Shown here one piece after another: positions 20,407-31,657 of a stretch of DNA of 64,000 nt; position 1 is the stretch's first letter, and each line of letters starts with the position of its first letter. The notes under the pieces were generated by a model. It made no database searches and was not told the DNA's origin. It was given only the letters and a program-made list of their open reading frames with translations. The DNA is from Gemmatimonadales bacterium. GTDB lineage: Bacteria > Gemmatimonadota > Gemmatimonadetes > Gemmatimonadales > GWC2-71-9. Location: contig DASYQX010000049.1 of assembly GCA_036004985.1 (NCBI GenBank), forward strand, positions 18,377-82,376, read 5' to 3'. The position numbers and the translations under genes were made by a program.

Positions 20407-22251
20407 ATGAGCGACGCGCTGGCAGCCCGGCTGACTCAGGCTCTCGGCACCTCTTTCACTCTCGAAGGAGAGATCGGGCGGGGCGGGATGGGCGTCGTGT
20501 ACCACGCCCGCGACGAGCGTCTCAAGCGCAAAGTCGCGGTGAAGGTGCTGCCGCCGGAGCTCGCCTTCCGCGAAGAGATCCGCATCCGTTTCCTGCGCGA
20601 GGCGGAGACGGCCGCGCGGTTGTCCCATCCCCACATCGTCCCGATCTACTCCGTCGGGGAAGGGCCCGAAGGCCTCGTCTATTTCGTGATGGCGTACGTG
20701 GACGGCGAGTCGCTCGGCGCGCGCCTCAAGCGGCGCGGGCAGCTCCCGGCGGAGGAGGCCCGCCGCATCCTGATGGAGACGGCCGACGCCCTCGGCGCCG
20801 GGCACTCGCTCGGCATCGTCCACCGGGACGTGAAGCCCGACAACATCCTTCTGGAAGGGAGCCGCGGCCGCGTCGTCCTCACGGATTTCGGGATCGCCAA
20901 GGCGCTGACGTCGTCGACGGGCCCCGGCACGCTGACCGCCACGGGCGTGGCGATCGGCACGCCCCACTACATGAGTCCCGAGCAGGCGGCCGGTGACCGC
21001 GAGATCGACGGCCGGTCCGACATCTACAGCCTGGGCGTCGTCGGCTACCAGATGCTCACCGACGAGTTGCCGTTCTCGGCGCCGACGGTGCCGGGCCTGC
21101 TCCTCAAGCAGATCACCGAGCAGGCCCCATACCTCAAGGACAAGGCTCCGACCTGCCCCGACGACCTGGCGTCGTGCGTGATGCGGTCGCTCGAGAAAGA
21201 GCCGGAGGCCCGCTGGCCGACCGCCGATGCCCTGCGCCGGGCGCTCGAGTCGCGCACGGCCCCTCCCTACCGTCCGCGGCGCCCGACCGGCGCCCGTGGC
21301 ACGCGGATCGCGCCGCCCGCGTCCCCGTCCGCCCCACCGGCGCTGCCATCACGCGGGAGACCGGAATCGCCGCGGCCGCGGCGTAGCCGCCGCGCCGCGG
21401 AGGACGCAAAGTCCCAGCTCACCGCGAGCGGGGAGCCGAGGCTCGTCGCACGGTTCCGGGACGGGTTCGTCACGTGGGCGGGAATAAGTGGCGGCCTGAT
21501 GGTGGTCGACCTCCTGTTGGGGGGCGGGCTCAACTTCGCGTACTGGGTGGCGGTGCCGTGGGCGGCGTTCGGGCTATTGCCGCAATACCTGAAGCTGTGG
21601 CAGAACGGCTACTCCTGGCGCGACGTGGTGCAGCGACCCGTCGCGCCGGACGGCGCGGAGGCCCGGCTCGGGCGGGGTTCCGCCGCGGTGCTGGCCCCGC
21701 TCAGCACCGACGAGTTTGGACGACAGCTCGACGCCGTGCGGCAGGCGCGCAGTGATCGCGAGGCGATCCTCAAGATCATGGACCGGCTCCCGCCGTCGGA
21801 GCGGCAGATGCTCCCCGACGTCGTGGCCACGGTCGACGCCCTGCTGAAGCGCGCCGAGGACCTGGCGCGGATGCTCCACGGCATGAGCGCTGACGTCGAC
21901 GACCGCGCGCTGGCGCGCATCGGAGACAAGATTGAATCGGTGAAGCGCCACGAAGCGGGGACGGAGCGCGAACGGCAGATCGGGCTGCTCGAGCGACAGC
22001 GTCAGGCGCTGAGCGATCTCCTGACCCGGCGCCGGGGCGTCGAGGGGCAGATCGAGTCCTGCGTGCTGGCAATGCAGAACGTCCGGTTCGACCTGCTCCG
22101 CCTCCGGTCCGCCGGCGTCGCCGCCGTGCTGAGCGACCTCACCAACGCCACCCAGCAGGCGCGGGCGTTGTCGCGCGACGTGGATCACGCCATCGCCGCG
22201 GCGGGAGAGATCCGCGACGTGTTGCGCGAGGACCCCCGCCCCCGCCCCTAG
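20407..22251 (+). CDS. Hanks-type Ser/Thr protein kinase with a Pro-rich linker, a two-TM hairpin and a C-terminal helical domain
   Basis: GxGGMGVVY glycine loop, VAVK, HRDVKPDNILL, DFGIAK and GTPHYMSPE. These are followed by the hydrophobic hairpin WAGISGGLMVVDLLLGGGLNFAYWVAVPWAAFGLL and about 230 aa of predicted coiled-coil or helical sequence. Confidence 0.9.
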   Translation: MSDALAARLTQALGTSFTLEGEIGRGGMGVVYHARDERLKRKVAVKVLPPELAFREEIRIRFLREAETAARLSHPHIVPIYSVGEGPEGLVYFVMAYVDGESLGARLKRRGQLPAEEARRILMETADALGAGHSLGIVHRDVKPDNILLEGSRGRVVLTDFGIAKALTSSTGPGTLTATGVAIGTPHYMSPEQAAGDREIDGRSDIYSLGVVGYQMLTDELPFSAPTVPGLLLKQITEQAPYLKDKAPTCPDDLASCVMRSLEKEPEARWPTADALRRALESRTAPPYRPRRPTGARGTRIAPPASPSAPPALPSRGRPESPRPRRSRRAAEDAKSQLTASGEPRLVARFRDGFVTWAGISGGLMVVDLLLGGGLNFAYWVAVPWAAFGLLPQYLKLWQNGYSWRDVVQRPVAPDGAEARLGRGSAAVLAPLSTDEFGRQLDAVRQARSDREAILKIMDRLPPSERQMLPDVVATVDALLKRAEDLARMLHGMSADVDDRALARIGDKIESVKRHEAGTERERQIGLLERQRQALSDLLTRRRGVEGQIESCVLAMQNVRFDLLRLRSAGVAAVLSDLTNATQQARALSRDVDHAIAAAGEIRDVLREDPRPRP

Positions 22252-25200
22252 CGCGCCGTCCCGCCGCGGCACTCCGCCAGCAGAGCGGGCGCGTCCGACC
22301 GCTGGATCCCGAACTCCAATAGTTCCACGAGGTGCGTGACGGCTTCCTCGCAGCGACCGTCACGCAGGGCGACCACCGCTCGAAGCTCGTAGAGCCGCGG
22401 CCAGCCCGGCTGTTTCGCGATCGCCTCGACGAGCATGCTGTCCGCGAGCGGCGGGGGCCCTTGCTGCGCCAGCTGGCCGAGCGCGTCGCCGAGGGAGCCG
22501 AACGGGAAGGGCCGGTGGAAGCTGCCGCGCGCGGTCGCCAGTGCGCGCCGCGCTTCGAGGGCGGCCTCGTTCCACCGGCTGCCCTGGGCGGCCAGCACTG
22601 CGAGGCCGGCGTGCGCCAGTGCGGTGTCGCCGCCGCGCGCCAGCCCTTCGAGCAGCAGCGCCCGCGCCCGCGGGCCTTCGCCGCGCCGCAGGGCCACGAG
22701 GCCACTCATGAGCAGGGCCTCGGGGTGCCGCTCCCGGGCGAGCGCGTTCGCGAAGGCCTGTGCGGCAAACACGCTGTCTCCGATCGCCAGCCGGATGAGC
22801 GCCTCCCGCACGATCCACTCGACCTCGGCGGGGTGCGCCCGTCGCGCGGCCTCGACGTACATCAGGCCCCGGGAGTCGCCACGCCGCACGCTCAGCGCGT
22901 TCGCGAGCAGGACGTCCGACGAGCGGCTCCGGGCGTCGGTCGCTTGGCCCAGCGCGATGATGGCGTCCAGCACGCCTTCGTAGCCCTGGCGGTCGAGAAA
23001 GCGCCGCGCGGCCACGAATTCGAGCGCCGCCCGGTCATCGGTGTGAACCAGCGTGCCCCGTTCGGCGAGCCGCGCAGCGCCCGAATCCGCGAGCAGGAAG
23101 CGGCCGAAGTATTCCGCCGGGCGGTTTACGCCCAGCCACTCGCGCGCGAGCTCGGCGTGCGACCCGCCGGGGCCGAGCAGCCGCTCGAGCCACGCCGCGT
23201 CGTAGTGGATCGGCTGCGGCGACGCGAGCACCATGAGGTCGTGCGGTGAGCCGAACCACACCTCGACGTGGGGGAACACGGCGCGGACGTTGCGAACGAT
23301 CCCCGCCGCGATCGGCAGGGGCAGCTGATACAGCTGGATCCATTGGCAGAACACGCCGTCGTCGGCGAGCCGCCCGCGCGCGATCCGCAGGAACTCGGGC
23401 GTGTAGAGCGTCGCAATCCCCGCGACCCACGGGTTGGACGGCTCCGACACAATCACGTCGAACCGCTCGCGGTACAGCTGGAGCGCGCTGCGGGCGTCGT
23501 CGACGACCAGCGAGACGCCGGGGCGCTCCAGCACCGCGCCATTCACGTGCCGGAAGTACCGGCCGACGTCGACGATCGACGGCTCGATCTCCACGACCCG
23601 CACCCGCCGCATCCCGGGCGCGTCCGCCAGCACCCGCGCGGTCACGCCGCTCCCGTATCCAATCACGAGTGCCGACGCCGCCTCCGCTCGGGCGGCGATG
23701 GGGGCGAGCCCCAGCATGATCTGGGTGTCCATGTCGGCGTGGTCGGACGCGTCGACCTTGCCGTTGACCTTGAGGGTGCGGCGGCCCAGGCCCTCCCACA
23801 CGCTGACCGTGGCGTTCGGCCCCTCGCGGAACGCGAGCTGCCGGGCGCCGCGGTGGCTGAGGAACGCATCGAGTCCTGCGGCGTCCATGGGTTCGCGGCC
23901 GTAAATCGTGGGCCCGGTGTCGACGAGCCGCGTATCCCAGCGCGGCGCCGCGAACGCGGTCCCCAGGCCGATCACGGCGAGCAGCGCCGCCCCCAGCACC
24001 CGCACCTGCAGGCGTCGGTGCTCAACCGACCCCTCGGCGACGCCGCGGGCCGCGAACGCGGCCAGCAAGAGCGCCGCGGCGCCGCTCAGCACCAGACCCA
24101 GGCGCAGCGTGAGGTCGGTCCCGAGCCAGACGACGAGGAGGAAGCCCGTGAGCACCGCGCCGGCGATGCTGCCCAAGGTGTTGACGGCGTACGCCCGCCC
24201 GACGTCGGCGGCGCGGGCGCCGTCCGACCGCGCGACGAGGTCGGCAAGGAGGGGGAACGTCATCCCCATGCCGACCGCGGGCACGAGGACGACCGCACCG
24301 ACCGCCAGACCGAGGAACGCCAGCCGGGCGGTGGCGGTCAGGAACTGGACCTGAAATACCGCGACGATGTAGACCGCGAGGATGCCGAAGAACGCGAACA
24401 GCAGTGCCGCTCCGGACGCCGCCACGCCTTGCGCGACGGCGGCGCTCGCCGCCGTCTCGGCGGGTGTCCCGCCGCGCCGGGCGACGATCGCGCTCCCGAT
24501 CCCGATCCCCAGGAGGAATACGAGCAGGATCAGCGTGAACGCGTAGGTCGAGCCGCCCACGATCATCACGAGCACGCGGGTCCACGCGATCTCTTCGAGC
24601 AACGAAGCGAAGGCGGTGGCGCCGAGCAGGATGAGGGCGAGGGTGCGCAGCGGATCCCCGGCAACGGCGCGTGCGACGGGTGGAGGCGCGGGCGCCTCCG
24701 CGACGGGGGCGAGCGGCTTCGCCAGGGCGATCGCGGCCGCGCCGAGCGCGAGATTCGTCGCCGCCGTGATCCAGAGGCTGGCACGCACGCCGACGTGCTC
24801 GATCAACACGAACCCCGCCAGCGCCGTCCCGACGACCGCGCCGAGGGTGTTCAGTCCGTAGAGGCGGGCGAGCGACGTCTTGAGCCGGGCGCGGTCGTCC
24901 CCCATGAACGCCCGGGTCAGGATGGGCAGCGTGCCCCCCATGAGCGTCGTCGGAACGAGGAGCACGAGCGCCGCGAGGCCGAAGCGCAGCGCGACGCTCG
25001 CCGCTCCGGTGCCGAGGCCCAACGCTCCCGCCACACCGACGTAGATGACGTGCGCCAAGGCGAGCACCAACGGCGAGATGGCTCCGAACGCGCCGATGGC
25101 GATCTCGAGCCATCCGTACAGCGCGGCCGGGCGCGGATGGCGGTCCACCGAGCGGCCCAGCAGCCAGGCGCCGAGCCCCAGCCCTCCCATGTAGGCGGCG

Positions 25201-25337
25201 ACGACGGTGGTTACGGATTGGATCGTAGAGCCGAACGCCTGGTACAGCACGCGGACCCACAAGAGCTCGTAGACGAGCCCGGTGGCGCCCGAGAGGAAGA
25301 ACAGGAGGCCGAACCCGAACGCGTCCCTAGAACGCAT
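22248..25337 (-). CDS. Fused polytopic membrane domain, spermidine-synthase-like methyltransferase fold and C-terminal TPR region
   Basis: The N-terminus [19 protein letters not shown] and about 12 hydrophobic segments are typical of fused MFS/spermidine-synthase proteins. The SpeE-like core carries [13 protein letters not shown] and [14 protein letters not shown]. The tail is TPR-like. Confidence 0.8.
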   Translation of the reverse strand: MRSRDAFGFGLLFFLSGATGLVYELLWVRVLYQAFGSTIQSVTTVVAAYMGGLGLGAWLLGRSVDRHPRPAALYGWLEIAIGAFGAISPLVLALAHVIYVGVAGALGLGTGAASVALRFGLAALVLLVPTTLMGGTLPILTRAFMGDDRARLKTSLARLYGLNTLGAVVGTALAGFVLIEHVGVRASLWITAATNLALGAAAIALAKPLAPVAEAPAPPPVARAVAGDPLRTLALILLGATAFASLLEEIAWTRVLVMIVGGSTYAFTLILLVFLLGIGIGSAIVARRGGTPAETAASAAVAQGVAASGAALLFAFFGILAVYIVAVFQVQFLTATARLAFLGLAVGAVVLVPAVGMGMTFPLLADLVARSDGARAADVGRAYAVNTLGSIAGAVLTGFLLVVWLGTDLTLRLGLVLSGAAALLLAAFAARGVAEGSVEHRRLQVRVLGAALLAVIGLGTAFAAPRWDTRLVDTGPTIYGREPMDAAGLDAFLSHRGARQLAFREGPNATVSVWEGLGRRTLKVNGKVDASDHADMDTQIMLGLAPIAARAEAASALVIGYGSGVTARVLADAPGMRRVRVVEIEPSIVDVGRYFRHVNGAVLERPGVSLVVDDARSALQLYRERFDVIVSEPSNPWVAGIATLYTPEFLRIARGRLADDGVFCQWIQLYQLPLPIAAGIVRNVRAVFPHVEVWFGSPHDLMVLASPQPIHYDAAWLERLLGPGGSHAELAREWLGVNRPAEYFGRFLLADSGAARLAERGTLVHTDDRAALEFVAARRFLDRQGYEGVLDAIIALGQATDARSRSSDVLLANALSVRRGDSRGLMYVEAARRAHPAEVEWIVREALIRLAIGDSVFAAQAFANALARERHPEALLMSGLVALRRGEGPRARALLLEGLARGGDTALAHAGLAVLAAQGSRWNEAALEARRALATARGSFHRPFPFGSLGDALGQLAQQGPPPLADSMLVEAIAKQPGWPRLYELRAVVALRDGRCEEAVTHLVELLEFGIQRSDAPALLAECRGGTAR

Positions 25338-27468
25338 TCAGCTCGCGCATGGCTTGTGCGAGATCCTCCACTTGCGGCAGGATGAAGTCTTCGAGGTCGG
25401 GAGCGTACGCCACGAACGTGTCAGTCGACGCGACGCGTTTCACCGGCGCGTCGAGCCACGGGAAGCAACGATCGGCAATCCGCGCCGCGATCTCGGCGCC
25501 GTAACCCCACGACAGCGAGTCCTCGTAGGCCACGATGACCTTGTTCGTCTTCTGGACCGAGCGCTCGATCGCTTCCCAATCCACGGGCGAGAGGGAGCGC
25601 AAGTCGACGACCTCCACGCTCACGCCGTCCCGCTCCTCCAGGTCCTTGGCGGCCACCAGAGCGCGTTGGACGACGGCGCCGTAGGTGATGACGGTGAGGT
25701 GGCTGCCCTCGCGGACGACCTTCGCCTTGCCGAACGGGATCATGAAGTTCGGGCCGGGGTTGGGCGCTTTGTTGTAGGTCTGGCGGTAGAGGTGCTTGTG
25801 CTCGAGGAAGAGGACCGGGTCGTCACAGCGGATGGCGGTGCGCAGCAGGCCGTTGGCATCCAGGGCCGTCGCGGGGCAGATCACCCGCAGCCCGGGCACC
25901 GCGGTGAAGACCACGGCGCCCGTCTGGGAGTGGTAGACCGAGCCGCCTTTCAGGTAGCCGCCGTACGTGACCCGCACCACGACCGGGGCGCTGAACGCGT
26001 TGCTCGACCGCCACCGCAGCGTCGCCAGCTCGTTCCGGATCTGGTGGTAGGCCGGCCAGATGTAGTCGAAGAACTGGATCTCGACGACGGGCTTCAGCCC
26101 ACGCGTGCCCAGGCCGATCGCCCGCCCGACGATGTTCGCTTCGGCGAGCGGGGAGTTGTACACCCGGTCGCTGCCGAACTGGCGCTGCAGGCCCCAGGTC
26201 ACCTTGAACACCCCGCCCTTCCCCTTCACGTCCTTCAAGTACTGCTCGCGGCTGACGTCGGCCACGTCCTCACCGAACACGAGGATGCGCGGGTCGCGCG
26301 TCATCTCGTCCTTCATGCAGGTGTTCAGGAGGTCTACCATGGTCGTGGGTTCGCCCGTGAAGTGCGGATCGTCCTCGGTATCGAATTGCTCGGACGCCGG
26401 GTCGACGTCGGGCGAATAGACCCACAGTAGGGCCGTCTCGGGCTTCGGCTGCGGGGACGCGAGCGCCATGTCGGCGGCGACCTGGATTTCCTCATCCACC
26501 TCCGCCTTGATCGCCTCGATCTCGGCTTCCGTCGCCACGCCTTCAGCCACGAGCCGTTTCTGGAAGCTCACCACGCAGTCGCGCTTCGCTTCCGCCTCGC
26601 GCTCGCGGGGCGGCTTGTAGAGGACCTCGTCGTCGGAGAGCGAGTGCGAATACGGGCGCGTCACGTGGGCGTGGACGAGGGCCGGCCCCTTCCGCTGGCG
26701 GCACCACTCGGCGGCGCGCGCGAGCACCTCGTACGACGCGACCGGATCACACCCATCCACCTCCTCGACGAGGAGGTCCGGGAACCCGCGCACCAGCTTC
26801 GAGACCGAGCTGCCGGCGGTCTGCACCTCGACCGGCACCGAGATGGCGTACTTGTTGTCCTCGATGAGGAACAGCACCGGCAGTCGCAGGTTGCTGGCGC
26901 TGTTCAGGGCCTCCCAGAACTCGCCTTCGCTCGTGGTGCCGTCCCCCGCCGAGCAGTAGACCAGCTCGTCCGCCTGCACCGGCTTGTCGGTGATCCCGTC
27001 GATCCGGTCGTAGCGCAGCCACGCCTCGGCGCAGCCGACGGCCTGGAGGAACTGGGTGCCCGTCGGGCTGGACTGGCTGACGATGTTGAGCGCCTTATGG
27101 CCCCAGTGGGACGGCATCTGGCGCCCGCCGGAGTTGGGGTCCTCCGCGGCCCCCACGGCCGAGAGGAACATCTCGGTGGGAGTCATGCCGAGCGTGAGGC
27201 ACAGGGCGCGGTCCCGATAGTAGGGATAGAACCAGTCGGAGGCGGGCCGCAGGACCTTGCCCGCCGCGACGAGCACCGCTTCGTGCCCCGCGCCCGAGAT
27301 CTGGAAGAAGATCTTGTTCTGCCGCTTGAGTTGGATCTCCTTGTCGTCGATGCGGCGCGAGAGGAGCATGAGGCGGTAGATGTCGAGCAGATCGCCCTTC
27401 GCGAGGGTCGGCGTGGGCGTCCGGGCGTGGCGGGCCGGTTTGGCGGCGGTGCGGGGGCGAGTCGCCAT
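25327..27468 (-). CDS. Thiamine-diphosphate-dependent 2-oxoacid dehydrogenase E1 component, fused alpha/beta subunits
   Basis: The alpha part carries the TPP motif [15 protein letters not shown]. The beta part carries [11 protein letters not shown]...GGVFKVT and a transketolase-like C-terminus. No E2 or E3 gene lies nearby. Confidence 0.85.
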   Translation of the reverse strand: MATRPRTAAKPARHARTPTPTLAKGDLLDIYRLMLLSRRIDDKEIQLKRQNKIFFQISGAGHEAVLVAAGKVLRPASDWFYPYYRDRALCLTLGMTPTEMFLSAVGAAEDPNSGGRQMPSHWGHKALNIVSQSSPTGTQFLQAVGCAEAWLRYDRIDGITDKPVQADELVYCSAGDGTTSEGEFWEALNSASNLRLPVLFLIEDNKYAISVPVEVQTAGSSVSKLVRGFPDLLVEEVDGCDPVASYEVLARAAEWCRQRKGPALVHAHVTRPYSHSLSDDEVLYKPPREREAEAKRDCVVSFQKRLVAEGVATEAEIEAIKAEVDEEIQVAADMALASPQPKPETALLWVYSPDVDPASEQFDTEDDPHFTGEPTTMVDLLNTCMKDEMTRDPRILVFGEDVADVSREQYLKDVKGKGGVFKVTWGLQRQFGSDRVYNSPLAEANIVGRAIGLGTRGLKPVVEIQFFDYIWPAYHQIRNELATLRWRSSNAFSAPVVVRVTYGGYLKGGSVYHSQTGAVVFTAVPGLRVICPATALDANGLLRTAIRCDDPVLFLEHKHLYRQTYNKAPNPGPNFMIPFGKAKVVREGSHLTVITYGAVVQRALVAAKDLEERDGVSVEVVDLRSLSPVDWEAIERSVQKTNKVIVAYEDSLSWGYGAEIAARIADRCFPWLDAPVKRVASTDTFVAYAPDLEDFILPQVEDLAQAMRELNAF

Positions 27469-27483
27469 GCCCTGAAGAATAAC

Positions 27484-29088
27484 CTACTTCGGAGCGACGG
27501 CCAAAAGCTCCCGCAAGCGGGGGAATCGGTCGACCGCCGCGCGAATGGTGGGGTCGTTCGCGACCTGGAACTCCTCGCGCGCGTCGGGCCCCCAACGGAC
27601 CTCGGCCACGCGGGCGGCGAGGATGCGCGCCAGGCGTCGCTCGAGGAGGCTGTCGGCCTGCGCCGCCAAGCCGAGGCGGCTGCGCACGCGCGTCAAGAAG
27701 GGAGGAACGAGCTTCACGCGCCACTCGGCGTCCGCGTGCAGCCACGCCTTTTGAGCGGCGGCGGTGGCGGCCAACGTGTGCGCCACGCTATCCGACACCG
27801 CATCGTCGAATCCCGAGTCGGCCGCGGCGCTCCACCACACCGGGAGGGGCGCGACGATCGGGACGACGACATCGGGGGCGATGCCCCCGCCGCCGCGGAC
27901 CTCCCGGCCGGCGTCGGTCTTGAAAATCGTGGACGTGTCCTCTCCGGCGCCCGTCTTGCCGGCGAAACTGATGTACTGCTCGTAGCCGATGCCGCGGTAG
28001 CGGCGTTGGATGAAGCGGCCGTTGGGGGTGAGCACGCGACCCACCGTGAGCCAGACGTTGTCACCGGTGGGAAGCAGGAATATCGTCTGCATCAACGCCT
28101 TCCCAAAGCTGCGGCGGCCGACAAGCAGGGCGCGGTCGTGGTCCTGGAGCGAGCCGGCGAGGGCCTCGGCCGCGCTGGCGCTTCGCTCGTCGATCAGGAC
28201 GATGAGCGGGAGGTCGCGGAACTCGCCGTCGCGCTTGGTGACGTAGGTGGTGTCCACGTCGCGCTTGCGGCCCTTGGTGCGGAAGATCACGGTGTTGCGC
28301 GGAAAGAACTCGCTCGCGATCTCGACGGCATAGACGACGTTGCCGCCGGGATTGGCGCGGAGATCCAGGATCACCCGTTGGGCGCGCATCGCCCGGAGCC
28401 GCTTCAGGCCGTCGTGCACCTCGTCTGAGGCTTTGCCGAGGAAGTCCTCGAGCCGCAGGAACCCCGTGGTGGAATCCACCATGCGGACCGTCGACACGGA
28501 ACGCACTTCGAACGAGTTGCGCTTCAAGGCGACGCTGAACGTGTCGGGCTCGAGGCGGGGCCCACGCTCGAGGCGCAGCCGGACCTTGGAGCCTTTCTCG
28601 CCGGCGAGCCGCAGCTCGAGGGTCGGCATGTCGAGACCGGCCACGGAGGTGTCGTTCAAGGCCAGGACGCGGTCACCGGGGAGCACGCCGCCTTTGGCGG
28701 CCGGCCCACGCCGGGCCACGGCGAGGACCGTCGCGACGCCGTCCACCTCCTCGAGGGCGATGCCGACGCTGAACAGCTCGCCGCGCTCCAGCGCGCTGCG
28801 TTTCTCCCATTCCACACGGGACTGGTACGTGCTGTGCGGGTCGAGCGCCCGGAGGACGCCCCGGATCGCGGCCGCCACCAGCTCGCTGTAGCTGACGGAA
28901 TCGGGGTAGTTCAGGCGGATATGGTTCAACACGCCTGAGAAGGTCTGGAGCTCCTCGTAGGCCGAGCGTTGGCCCTGGGCGGGCAGGCGGGGCGGATAGG
29001 CGACCAGGAGCGCCGCGCCAAGGACGAGCGCGCGAGCGCTACTGGAGAAACGCCAGCCGCTGTTTCGCATTGGCGATCTGTCGGTCAT
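27484..29088 (-). CDS. S41-family C-terminal processing peptidase with a PDZ domain
   Basis: Signal peptide; PDZ-like GVLPGDRVLALND; S41 core LIDERSASAAEALAGSLQDHDRALLVGRRSFGKA. The start could instead be ATG 29070. Confidence 0.85.
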   Translation of the reverse strand: MTDRSPMRNSGWRFSSSARALVLGAALLVAYPPRLPAQGQRSAYEELQTFSGVLNHIRLNYPDSVSYSELVAAAIRGVLRALDPHSTYQSRVEWEKRSALERGELFSVGIALEEVDGVATVLAVARRGPAAKGGVLPGDRVLALNDTSVAGLDMPTLELRLAGEKGSKVRLRLERGPRLEPDTFSVALKRNSFEVRSVSTVRMVDSTTGFLRLEDFLGKASDEVHDGLKRLRAMRAQRVILDLRANPGGNVVYAVEIASEFFPRNTVIFRTKGRKRDVDTTYVTKRDGEFRDLPLIVLIDERSASAAEALAGSLQDHDRALLVGRRSFGKALMQTIFLLPTGDNVWLTVGRVLTPNGRFIQRRYRGIGYEQYISFAGKTGAGEDTSTIFKTDAGREVRGGGGIAPDVVVPIVAPLPVWWSAAADSGFDDAVSDSVAHTLAATAAAQKAWLHADAEWRVKLVPPFLTRVRSRLGLAAQADSLLERRLARILAARVAEVRWGPDAREEFQVANDPTIRAAVDRFPRLRELLAVAPK

Positions 29089-30220
29089 AACGGCTCGGGG
29101 CGAGGGAAATGAAGCGGGCGAGCGCGGAGCGCGCGTCGTCCTTGCGCTCCAGCTGCTGGAGGACAGCGCCGAGGTAGAAGAAGATGCGCGCGTCGCGGGG
29201 GTTCATCTCGGCGCCCTGCTGGAGCGGTTCGACGGCGTCCTCGAGGCGGCCGGCGTTGACCAGCGTCTTTCCCAAGTCGAGCTGGAGCGACGCGTCTTCC
29301 GGATTGGCATTCACCGCGTTGCGCCGTGACAGGATCGCCTGGTCCCACATCTGCGCCGTCTCGTACATCTCGGCCAGCCGAACGTGGGCCATGTAGAGGC
29401 CGATGTCGTTGGTGATCGCCTCGCGATAGAGGTCGATCGCCGCATTCAGGTTGTTCGAGCGCTGCTTGAGATAGGCGAGGACGTAGCGGTACTCGTTGGT
29501 GCGAAGTGGAAATTGCACGAGGAAGTTCTTGCGCGTCGGCGCGATCGAGCGCTCCATCAGCTGCTCGAAGTCCCAGATGGCTTCAGTCCACTTCTCGACG
29601 CGCGCCGAGGCGAGGCCGTGCCACCAGAGGACGTTGCTGGGGATCCGGTCGGGATGGCGATCGCCGTTGACGGAGTTCATCACCCGTGCGAACCGGTCCC
29701 AGGCGCGCTGATATTCGCCCTGGAAGTATTGGTCCAACCCGTCGTAGTAGTCCCGGACGTGCTCGCCGAAGAACAGCTCCAGCTCCTGCAGGTATGCCGT
29801 GGAGCGTGGCTGCACGGCGTCGCCGGCGCGGAGCTCGACCAGCGGGTCGATCATGTAAGCGCGGCGGAAGAAGTAGGCCGATTCCTCCATGCGCTTCTTC
29901 CAGTCATCGGGCACACGCCCCTCGCCCACTTCCTCCCAGAGGCTGGGACGCTGGGCGTACGGCAGGAACGTGAGCGCCATGTACGCCGGAGCGAAGCGCG
30001 TGTCGATCGTGATGGCGAGTCGCAGCGACCGGTCCGCGTCGGCCCAGCGCTTCGCGTTCCAGTAGGCGAGGGCCACGTTGAAGTGCGCCGCGGGGTCGTT
30101 CGAGTCCGCCTTGGCCCGCTGCTCCAGCTCGCCGAGCTTGAGCGGGAGCCGGAACTGGGCTGCGGCGGGCGACGCAGCGGCAAATAGCCACGCAGCGCCC
30201 AATAGAATCCTGCGATTCAT
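29039..30220 (-). CDS. Secreted TPR-repeat protein, paralogue 1 of 3
   Basis: I prefer ATG 30220 (MNRRILLGAAWLFAAASPAAAQ, with GGGAGG 5-6 nt upstream) to the track start at 30238. TPR-like helices run throughout. It aligns with the two upstream paralogues. Confidence 0.8.
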   Translation of the reverse strand: MNRRILLGAAWLFAAASPAAAQFRLPLKLGELEQRAKADSNDPAAHFNVALAYWNAKRWADADRSLRLAITIDTRFAPAYMALTFLPYAQRPSLWEEVGEGRVPDDWKKRMEESAYFFRRAYMIDPLVELRAGDAVQPRSTAYLQELELFFGEHVRDYYDGLDQYFQGEYQRAWDRFARVMNSVNGDRHPDRIPSNVLWWHGLASARVEKWTEAIWDFEQLMERSIAPTRKNFLVQFPLRTNEYRYVLAYLKQRSNNLNAAIDLYREAITNDIGLYMAHVRLAEMYETAQMWDQAILSRRNAVNANPEDASLQLDLGKTLVNAGRLEDAVEPLQQGAEMNPRDARIFFYLGAVLQQLERKDDARSALARFISLAPSRYDRQIANAKQRLAFLQ

Positions 30221-30234
30221 GAGTCCTCCCAACG

Positions 30235-30432
30235 TCATGGCGGGAGCGCGGTCAAGCGTTGCCTCGCGTCGGCAATCTGTCGCTCATAGCGGGCCGCGGG
30301 CGCCATCGCGATGAATCGGGCGAGGGTCTCGCGCGCTTCACCCGCTTTCGCGAGCTGCTGCCTCACGATGCCGAGGTGGTACACGGCGCGCGGATCGCGC
30401 GGATTCCCCACGGCGGCTTCCGTACCATCGCG
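30235..30432 (-). pseudogene. 3-prime remnant (about 65 codons, no start codon) of a fourth TPR paralogue
   Basis: The minus-strand translation GNPRDPRAVYHLGIVRQQLAKAGEARETLARFIAMAPAARYERQIADARQRLTALPP aligns with the C-termini of all three intact paralogues (for example MNPRDARIFFYLGAVLQQLERKDDARSALARFISLAPSRYDRQIANAKQRLAFLQ). The frame is closed by two stops at 30433-30438, immediately after the stop of paralogue 2. Confidence 0.75.
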
Positions 30433-30444
30433 TCATCAGTCCCC

Positions 30445-31644
30445 CTATTGGGGCAGTGCCGCCAGGCGCGCCCGCGCGTCGTTCGTGATCCGGGCGAGCC
30501 GCTGGGGCGCAAGCTCCACGCATCGGGTCAGGTACGTCCGCGCGTCGGCCGGTCGGTCCAGCTCCTGCGCGATCACGCCCCGCAGATAGTGAAACCGGGC
30601 ATCGCGCGGATTCAGCTCGACCGCCCGCTGCAGGTGCGTCTCCGCTTCCTCGCGCGCGCCACCCTGATAGTAGGCCAACGCCAAATCGAGCTCCAGCGTG
30701 GGCTCCTCCGGATTCGCCTGCACCGCCCGCTGACGCTCGGCCAACGCCTCGCTCACGCGCTGCGCCCCCTCGTGGATGGTCGCGAGCTGCACGTGCGCCA
30801 TGTAGAGGCTCAGATCCTGCGCTGCCGCCTCCTGGTAGAGCTCGACCGCCCGGTCCAGCCGCCCCGCGAGGTGATGCAGCACGGCGAGGATGTAGCGGTA
30901 TTCGTTGGTACGGAGCGGAACGGTGATCACTTCCTGCTTCTCTTCCTTCTTGAGAGACCGGTCGAACAGCTTCTGGAAGTCGCCGATCGCCACCTCGAAC
31001 TTGCCCTGGTGCGCGGCCGCGAGACCCCGCGCCCAGAGCAGGAAGTCGGGGACATCCTGAGGCTTCTTGTCCTCGTAATAGACCTGCTGCGCCAGCCGGG
31101 TGAGGCGCTGTTCGGCGGCGGGATACCGTCCCGCTGCCAGGTCGTCGAAGCCCTCGAAGAACAGCTCGTAGATCCGGGACTCGACGCTCGTATAGTCGCG
31201 GAAACCGCGCTGGTCTACCGGAAAGAGCACCGAGAGCACGCGCAGGTCCATGAGCGGGTCGACCGCGAAAGCGCGGCGGTTCAGCCGCGCTGCGTCCTCG
31301 ACCGCCGGCTGCCAGTCCTTCGGGACCCGGCCGCGCAGCTCCTCGCGGTACAGTTGCGGCCGCCGCAGGTATGGGATGTACGACAACGCCAGGTACGCCT
31401 CGGCGAGCCGCGCGTCGAGCAGAACGGCCATCCGCAAGGCGCTGTCGGCCTGGACCCACTTCGCGTCGTTGAGGTACGCCAGGCCCACGTAGTAGTGAGC
31501 CAAGGCGTCGTTGGAATCCCGCCGCGCCGCGACCCTCAGGTCGGCCAGTTTGCCCGGCAGCTGGATGCCGCTCTGGGCCGCGACCGGCGCGGCCGGCGCC
31601 GACAACCCGAGGCCGACGATCGTGGCGAGTGTGAGGGCGCGCAT
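30445..31644 (-). CDS. Secreted TPR-repeat protein, paralogue 2 of 3 (399 aa)
   Basis: Signal peptide MRALTLATIVGLGLSAPAAPVAAQ, with GGAGG 6 nt upstream. Conserved blocks are shared with the other paralogues (AHYYVGLAYLN...LDARLAEAYLALSYIPYLRRP). Confidence 0.85.
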   Translation of the reverse strand: MRALTLATIVGLGLSAPAAPVAAQSGIQLPGKLADLRVAARRDSNDALAHYYVGLAYLNDAKWVQADSALRMAVLLDARLAEAYLALSYIPYLRRPQLYREELRGRVPKDWQPAVEDAARLNRRAFAVDPLMDLRVLSVLFPVDQRGFRDYTSVESRIYELFFEGFDDLAAGRYPAAEQRLTRLAQQVYYEDKKPQDVPDFLLWARGLAAAHQGKFEVAIGDFQKLFDRSLKKEEKQEVITVPLRTNEYRYILAVLHHLAGRLDRAVELYQEAAAQDLSLYMAHVQLATIHEGAQRVSEALAERQRAVQANPEEPTLELDLALAYYQGGAREEAETHLQRAVELNPRDARFHYLRGVIAQELDRPADARTYLTRCVELAPQRLARITNDARARLAALPQ

Positions 31645-31657
31645 GGGTACCTCCGTT

